A stretch of DNA of 64,000 nt, taken from Candidatus Altarchaeum sp. (lineage in GTDB: Archaea; Altiarchaeota; Altiarchaeia; Altiarchaeales; Altiarchaeaceae). The notes under the pieces are model-generated. The model saw nothing but the letters and a program-made list of their open reading frames with translations. It had not been told where the DNA came from and did not search any database. Position 1 is the first letter of the stretch, and every line of letters begins with the position of its first letter. This document shows, in pieces, positions 58,139 through 64,000 of this stretch. The position numbers were made by a program, and so were the translations under genes. Where the stretch lies: contig JAGWDQ010000044.1 in assembly GCA_018260615.1 (NCBI GenBank), positions 13,791-77,790 of the forward strand, written 5' to 3'.

Positions 58139-58229
58139 TATTCAAACATATTTTTTAGTGTTTTGATGACATAGTAAATACTATTTTTAAAAGATATATT
58201 AATAAAAGTAGATAAATGTAGGGATAATT

Positions 58230-59327
58230 ATGATGGATACTAAAAAATCAGTTGAAGAGATAATAAATCAATGCATTAACGGCCATAAATTTTCCTTTGA
58301 AGAAGCAAAGGACTTGCTAAATTTTGACTTAAACACGCTTGGCTTAATTGCAGATGAAATAAGGAATAAATTTTGTGGCAATACCGTAACCTTTGTCTGC
58401 GACACAACTATAAACTACACAAATATTTGTTCAGGCAAATGTAAATTTTGTGCATTTTACCGAAACAAATCCGCAGGCGACGCTTATGTATTAACCATTG
58501 ACGAAATTCTGCAAAAAACTGAAAAAGCAGGAAATTTGGGAGCGACACAGGTTTTGCTTCAGGGCGGATTAAATAAAGATATTTCATTAAGTTATTACGA
58601 AACCATTATTAAAGCAGTTAAACAAAAATTTCCCGATGTTCAGAGACACTTTTTTTCTGCTGCTGAAATTTACTTTATCGCAAAAAACAACAATTTATCT
58701 GTTGATGAGGTGCTGGAAAGATTCAAAGAGTGCGGATTGCAGAGTTTCGGAGGCGGAGGTGCTGAAATTTTAGTTACTCAAATAAGGAAAGAAATTTCGC
58801 CGGATAAAATTTCCGCCGAAGAATGGAAAGATGTTATTATGAAGGCACATAAAACCGGAATTAAAACATCTGCAACTATGGTTTATGGATTTGGCGAAAG
58901 TAAAGAAGACCGTCTAAGGCATTTGTTATTTTTAAGGGACATTCAGTATGAAACGAATGGATTTACTGCATTTATTCCGTGGAGTTTTCAGCCCGAAAAT
59001 ACTGCTTTGGGGCAAAATAAATTTTATAAATTTCCGGCTGGGGGAATTGATTACCTTGAAATAATTGCATTGGCGAGGATAATATTCAATAAATTTTTAA
59101 GGAACATTCAGGCATCCTGGCTGACAGAAGGCGAAAAGCTCGCACAGATTGCTTTATTTTACGGAGCAAATGATTTCAGCGGAACGATAATAGAAGAAAA
59201 TGTCGTAAAAGAGGCGGGAATAAAATTTAGCGGAAAGACAAAAGAAGAAATGATAAATTTAATTCAGCAAGTTGGAAGAATTCCCGCACAAAGAGATACA
59301 TTTTACAATGTTCTGAAAGTGTTTTGA
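58230..59327 (+). CDS. Radical SAM enzyme of the CofH/CofG/MqnC/MqnE family (paralog of 54856-55992)
   Basis: 'NYTNICSGKCKFCAFY', 'GGGGAEIL', 'MVYGFGES'; 365 aa. Confidence 0.75.
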   Translation: MMDTKKSVEEIINQCINGHKFSFEEAKDLLNFDLNTLGLIADEIRNKFCGNTVTFVCDTTINYTNICSGKCKFCAFYRNKSAGDAYVLTIDEILQKTEKAGNLGATQVLLQGGLNKDISLSYYETIIKAVKQKFPDVQRHFFSAAEIYFIAKNNNLSVDEVLERFKECGLQSFGGGGAEILVTQIRKEISPDKISAEEWKDVIMKAHKTGIKTSATMVYGFGESKEDRLRHLLFLRDIQYETNGFTAFIPWSFQPENTALGQNKFYKFPAGGIDYLEIIALARIIFNKFLRNIQASWLTEGEKLAQIALFYGANDFSGTIIEENVVKEAGIKFSGKTKEEMINLIQQVGRIPAQRDTFYNVLKVF

Positions 59328-59393
59328 AATTTTATTTAAAATTTTACAATCCTAATTAATTCATAATTAATCAGACAATAAATTTAAAATAAA

Positions 59394-60338
59394 ATGGAAC
59401 TTCCGTGGACAGAAAAATACAGGCCGAAATTTTTAAAGGATGTAGTAGGACAGGAAAAAATCACCGAAAGAATGACTGCGTATGTTAAAGACAAAAATTT
59501 ACCGCATTTACTTTTTGCAGGTCCTGCAGGAACAGGAAAGACAACAACCGCATTATGTTTAGCAAGAGAATTCTTCGGGGAAAATTTCAGAGAGGGATTT
59601 CTGGAATTAAACGCAAGCGATGAGCGAGGAATAGACGTCGTCAGAGGAAAAATAAAGGAATTTGCAAGAACAATGCCAATAATTATGGACTTCAAACTCA
59701 TATTTCTCGACGAAGCAGACGCCCTGACCAACGATGCCCAGCAGGCCCTCCGAAGAACAATGGAACAATACACAAAAACATGCAGATTCATACTCTCATG
59801 CAATTATTCTTCAAAACTCATAGATCCGATTCAAAGCAGATGCGCTGTTTTCAGATTCCGTAAAATCCAGCGGACAGCAATCAACGAACATCTCAAAAAA
59901 ATTTTAAATACAGAACAGGTGAAATTTACCGATGACGGAATTAATGCAATTACCGAAATAAGTGAAGGCGATGTACGAAAATCAATAAACATTCTCCAGT
60001 CGGCGTCTGTGTGCGGAGAAGTCAACGAAGAAAATGTATTTAATATCGCATCTTATGCAAAGCCAGATATTATAAGAAATATTTTAAAATTAGCAATTGA
60101 CGGGAAATTTTTGGATGCACGAAATATGCTTGACAATATTATGCTTAATTACGGGATTGCCGGAGAGGATGTGCTAATTCAGATGAACAGGGAAATTTTT
60201 TATGTTGAAGGAATAGATGATAAAATGAAGATGAAGGTTGTTGATGCCATCGGAGAATGTAATTTCCGGCTGGTTGAAGGGGCAAATGAAAGAATACAGG
60301 TTGCAGCATTGCTCGCAAAAATTGCTGTCCTGAAGTAG
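59394..60338 (+). CDS. rfcS: Replication factor C small subunit
   Basis: 'LLFAGPAGTGKTTTALCLAREFFGENFREGFLELNASDERGIDVVR', 'IFLDEADALT', 'SRC' motif 'IQSRCAVFRF'. Confidence 0.9.
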   Translation: MELPWTEKYRPKFLKDVVGQEKITERMTAYVKDKNLPHLLFAGPAGTGKTTTALCLAREFFGENFREGFLELNASDERGIDVVRGKIKEFARTMPIIMDFKLIFLDEADALTNDAQQALRRTMEQYTKTCRFILSCNYSSKLIDPIQSRCAVFRFRKIQRTAINEHLKKILNTEQVKFTDDGINAITEISEGDVRKSINILQSASVCGEVNEENVFNIASYAKPDIIRNILKLAIDGKFLDARNMLDNIMLNYGIAGEDVLIQMNREIFYVEGIDDKMKMKVVDAIGECNFRLVEGANERIQVAALLAKIAVLK

Positions 60339-60580
60339 AAATCCGCCTTTTTCTTTTAGGAAAAGAAATACGCTCACTTCGCTCGTGTCTTTTCAAAACC
60401 TCTGCGGTTTTGAAAAAATCAGAAGAATACTCACACAAAGCCACAAAGTCACAAGGTTACAGAATATAACTCCTTTGTGTCTCTGTGTCTCCGTGTGAGG
60501 CTCATAAAACGAACTTTCCCGTACGATGAAAAAAGCACGGGGGAAAAAGAAAAAAGTAAACCGTTGAAAAATTTTTGCTT
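60338..60580. repeat. Nested repeats: hairpin mini-element ('CCTTTTTCTTTTAGGAAAAGAAA' ... 'GAAAAAGAAAAAAGTAAACCGTTGAAAAATTT') interrupted by inverted copy of the long-hairpin element (60370-60528)
   Basis: 60545-60578 matches 2188-2223 nearly exactly; 60400-60528 is reverse complement of 54717-54830. Confidence 0.75.
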
Positions 60581-60626
60581 TAAAATCAAATTTTTATCAA
60601 ACTTTCAAATTTTAAATTTTTTACAA

Positions 60627-62090
60627 ATGCGTTACATTGACAAGCATGACTTTAAAATTGTATCTAAATTTTTAGGAGAGGCACTGGGAATTATAGGAAT
60701 GAGTGTATTCATTTTGGGATTCTTTTCCCTTATTTCAGATTACAAACATTATGAAAACATTGCATACATTTTGCCGGGCGGACTGATGGCAGTATCTGCG
60801 ACATTTTTTTACAGATTCGGTATTGAGGGTCGTATGGAAACACGGCACGCTCTTGTGCTTTCAGCAATCGCGTGGCTGCTCATTCCTTTATTTTGTTCAA
60901 TTCCGTTTTATATTGCTTCAACTTCTGTTGACCCGATAGTTAAATTTGTTGATGCATATTTTGAAGCGATGTCTGCTTTTACCGGAGCAGGATTAACCAT
61001 GATTCAAAATTTAGATACACATTCTTCAACATTTCTGTTTTTCAGAAGCGGGCTCGCATGGATCGGAGGTGTCGGAATTATTATGCTTTTTCTTTTGATA
61101 TTACGCCCGTCTCCGGCGGTAGCAAAATTATATTCCTCCGAAGCGAGAACCGGAAGAATAAAAACAACAATGAAGGGGACAGTAAAAGAAATATGGAAAA
61201 TTTATATTCTATTTACGATAATAGGAGTTATTGCTTTGCTGTTATTGGGCGTAAATTTTCTTGACTCCGTTGCCCATATTATGACCGCAATCGGAACGCA
61301 GGGATTTTCAACCCATGATGCAAGTATCGGATTTTATTATGATAATGTTCCAGTGCAGTTGGTTTTGATGCTCTTTATGATACTCGGGGCAATATCATTC
61401 TTTATACACTTCAACATTTTGGACAGGAAATTTTCAGTTGTTTTAAGAAATCTGGAGTTAAAATTTTTTTTATCACTTATCGTTGTCGGAAGCGTCGTTA
61501 TTTGTGCAAATTTGTTCTTTTTGCAACACTATGCGGTGGATGATGCAGTAAAACAATCAACATTCAATGTGGTTTCTGCTGTAACAACAACCGGATTCAG
61601 TAATGCGGACATCGGAAATTTTGATGATGCAAGTAAATTTATCCTGATTATACTGATGTTCATCGGAGGATGCAGCATATCAACCGCAGGGGGCTTAAAA
61701 GTCCTTAAAATTTTAATTCTTGCGGAAAATGCGTGGATGAGAATAAAAAAAGTGCTGCTTCCGGAAAGTGCGGTTGTTAAGGTAAAATTCGGAGGTATTT
61801 CACTAACGGATGAGGAAATTTCTTACATAACATTTCTTGTTTTTCTGTTTTTTATAATTTATGGTCTGGGAGTTATAATTTTTCTTTATTTGGGATACCC
61901 GACTATGGATGCATTGTTTGTGTGTGCAACTGCAATAAGTGATAATGGAATAAATACATTAAGCGGAACTGCGTGGTTTGATATGAGTATAATCGGAAAG
62001 GTTACGCTTGTATTTTTAATGTATGCAGGAAGGCTGGAAATTTTACCCGTTCTCGCATTAATTTTCGGGATAGTTAAAAGAATAAAATAA
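60627..62090 (+). CDS. trkH: TrkH/KtrB-family potassium transporter
   Basis: 'TAIGTQGFSTHDAS', 'SAVTTTGFSNAD' selectivity-filter-like motifs, polytopic; start moved to ATG 60627 because upstream 50 codons overlap the repeat element. Confidence 0.75.
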   Translation: MRYIDKHDFKIVSKFLGEALGIIGMSVFILGFFSLISDYKHYENIAYILPGGLMAVSATFFYRFGIEGRMETRHALVLSAIAWLLIPLFCSIPFYIASTSVDPIVKFVDAYFEAMSAFTGAGLTMIQNLDTHSSTFLFFRSGLAWIGGVGIIMLFLLILRPSPAVAKLYSSEARTGRIKTTMKGTVKEIWKIYILFTIIGVIALLLLGVNFLDSVAHIMTAIGTQGFSTHDASIGFYYDNVPVQLVLMLFMILGAISFFIHFNILDRKFSVVLRNLELKFFLSLIVVGSVVICANLFFLQHYAVDDAVKQSTFNVVSAVTTTGFSNADIGNFDDASKFILIILMFIGGCSISTAGGLKVLKILILAENAWMRIKKVLLPESAVVKVKFGGISLTDEEISYITFLVFLFFIIYGLGVIIFLYLGYPTMDALFVCATAISDNGINTLSGTAWFDMSIIGKVTLVFLMYAGRLEILPVLALIFGIVKRIK

Positions 62091-62669
62091 ATTTACTCAT
62101 AAATTTTTAGAAAAACTTTCATGTTACTCTCATCCAAAGATAAATATTATGGTTTTTATTCTCCGGCGATGAAGTTAGACAAACCATTATTCTTCCTTTT
62201 TTGTTTATTTGTCTTTTATATCTTCAATGTCCTGCAACATGTGGCGGACCCATTCCCCAGATAATTGCTCCGATAATTATGAAAGTCAGGGTAATTGCAG
62301 CAAAGACCAGGGCAATTTTTATATCCATCGGACTAAATATTTCAGGCATTTTAAATTTATTTAATATTTAAATTTTAAATTACATATCTTTAGTTATTTT
62401 TTAGCAGGCTTCGAAGTTCTTAAATAAACATCCGGGAGCACATTGATCTATTCTAAAATGTTCAAAGAAATTACACGACGCAAAAATTGCAATCATTGCC
62501 ATAAATCCAATCAGTACAAGTGCTATCAATACAACCATAATTTTATCCTTTCCGCTTAGATGCACACTCATTTTAAATTTAGTTTATGTTGGTTTATATA
62601 AATTTTTTATATTATTAATTATTAATTAAACAACTATATAATTAAATTTTTTATTATAAATATTAAATT

Positions 62670-63983
62670 TTATTCATCACATTTTTTTAAACACTCCTCA
62701 TAGCATCCGAAATTTGTATCTGCCTGACATTGCGAAGATGCATTTGCTTTGCATTGGGATATGCAAATATTCCTTTCACCGGCGACATATTTTTCCACAC
62801 ACGGCTGCAGGGAATTCATTTTACACCTGAAATTGCATTGTGTCCAATTCTGTGCATCCATGTCTCCCGACTCACATTTTATTCTGCATCTTTCATTTAT
62901 TTCATTTTGGCATCTTTGAGTTAAGTCCGCAGAATATAAATTTTGTTCGCATCCGCTCGCACATTCTTCTTCAATAGCGGCATAGCATATTCTCTCAATA
63001 TTCTCTTTTTTGCAAATCTCATTACATCTCTCCATACACCTCAACTGTGTTTGATTTGTTTCATTTTCCACAATACTTCCATTGCACACCTTTTTACATC
63101 TCTCTGTCCAAAGTTCGCATTTTGTCTTATTTGTTTCATTATCTTTACTCTTATTTTTGCACACAATACTACATACCTCTCTACAACCTGTCTGATTTGT
63201 CTCATCTGTTTCATCTGGCAAGGATATTGTAAGTGCAAAATGTTCCCTCACAACTAAATTTTTCCCTTCAAACATCTCCATCCTCATCAGTATATCTATT
63301 GCCGAAATTTTTTCATTTTCCTCCCTATACTCTAAATTTGAAGAGAAGTTAAAATTTACAAAAATTTTGCTTGTTTCATTGATGGAAAAATTTAAAGGGA
63401 TTTCGAAAGAGGCGTTTCCAAGAGGAGTAAGATTAGAAATTTTTATTTTCGCTGATATTTTACTTGCATTAATTCTGATTTGAGCGTATTTTCCGGCAGG
63501 TAAATTTCCCGAATACACGCTTTGGTTATCTGTTTGGTTAAGGGGTTTATCGAGCGTTTTCCACCCGTAAATTTTGCTGTAAATTTCAATATTTTTGACT
63601 GAAATTTTTAACAATGTATCATTACTTACGGTAATAATGACAATAACATTATTCGTATTTTCTCCTGTTGTGGCATCATATGTGATATTTTGATTTGTGG
63701 CAATATTTCTATGGTTATCAGAATTGTTGAGCATGTTATTATCCGAATTATTCGTACTATTTAGATGAGCCGAATTATTTATATTTGTATTGCAGGTTGC
63801 ATTATTTAGACCATTATCACCCGGGTTATCGCTTATATTATGCACCGTATTTGTATTTTCAATACATCCGCTTATTGCAATTACAATTGTAATTATTGAT
63901 ATAAGCACTATGAACCTTTCTTTGTTCATTCTAAAATTTATTTTTTGTGTTTTTATAATTGGAATTTCAATATATATTAACAA
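62670..63983 (-). CDS. Secreted/surface Cys-rich protein with N-terminal signal anchor and C-terminal Cx3C-x(n) repeats
   Basis: N-terminal TM 'FIVLISIITIVIAISGC'; C-terminal half has >30 Cys in 'C..C...C' pattern ('CREVCSIVC', 'CMERCNEIC', 'CRIKCESG', 'CISQCKAN', 'CYEECLKKC'). Confidence 0.5.
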   Translation of the reverse strand: MLIYIEIPIIKTQKINFRMNKERFIVLISIITIVIAISGCIENTNTVHNISDNPGDNGLNNATCNTNINNSAHLNSTNNSDNNMLNNSDNHRNIATNQNITYDATTGENTNNVIVIITVSNDTLLKISVKNIEIYSKIYGWKTLDKPLNQTDNQSVYSGNLPAGKYAQIRINASKISAKIKISNLTPLGNASFEIPLNFSINETSKIFVNFNFSSNLEYREENEKISAIDILMRMEMFEGKNLVVREHFALTISLPDETDETNQTGCREVCSIVCKNKSKDNETNKTKCELWTERCKKVCNGSIVENETNQTQLRCMERCNEICKKENIERICYAAIEEECASGCEQNLYSADLTQRCQNEINERCRIKCESGDMDAQNWTQCNFRCKMNSLQPCVEKYVAGERNICISQCKANASSQCQADTNFGCYEECLKKCDE

Positions 63984-64000
63984 AATTTAACAAAATAAAT

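Noticed and set aside
60477-60626. Upstream 50 codons of the trkH ORF as a genuine N-terminal extension
   Set aside because: This stretch overlaps the nested intergenic repeat elements and encodes low-complexity sequence; ATG at 60627 gives a canonical TrkH N-terminus.

Overview
This is an AT-rich archaeal chromosomal window of roughly 30% GC. The assignment rests on the archaeal-type ribosomal/RNA-polymerase cluster S13-S4-S11-RpoD-L18e-L13-S9-S15 and on LonB, class-I HMG-CoA reductase, RFC small subunit, Hef, L37Ae and CBS-ParB.

Core content: a compact complex-I-like module (nuoA, nuoB, a NuoC-ferredoxin-NuoD fusion, nuoH); hisS, pyrE, argJ, an XPD/Rad3 helicase, gyrB, tmk, prs, hmgA, lonB, rfcS, trkH; and two paralogous radical-SAM enzymes of the CofH/MqnC/MqnE family.

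Accessory content: a split OLD/PARIS-like ATPase plus TOPRIM cassette; a TIR-domain protein with an unknown C-terminal domain; a fused HTH-nucleotidyltransferase (AbiE-like); tandem and duplicated orphan ATPases; several clusters of uncharacterised paralogous membrane and surface proteins.

Most striking is the non-coding architecture. At least three intergenic repeat families are present: MITE-like elements with GTAACTAYTCA terminal inverted repeats, hairpin elements carrying TTTTGAAAATC motifs, and an 80-100 bp 'TTTTCTTTTAGAAAAAGAAAA' mini-element. There is also a recurrent pattern in which insertions, from an 80 bp hairpin up to about 2.3 kb of cargo genes, sit exactly at gene start codons, flanked by direct duplications (22 bp to about 580 bp) of the 5' coding end of the target gene. 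This occurs at nuoB, rpoD, rplM, the nitroreductase gene, the mqn/cof-like gene and hef. The defence-like cargo (AAA+TOPRIM pair, TIR protein) is carried in exactly this configuration. No rRNA, tRNA or CRISPR array was recognised.
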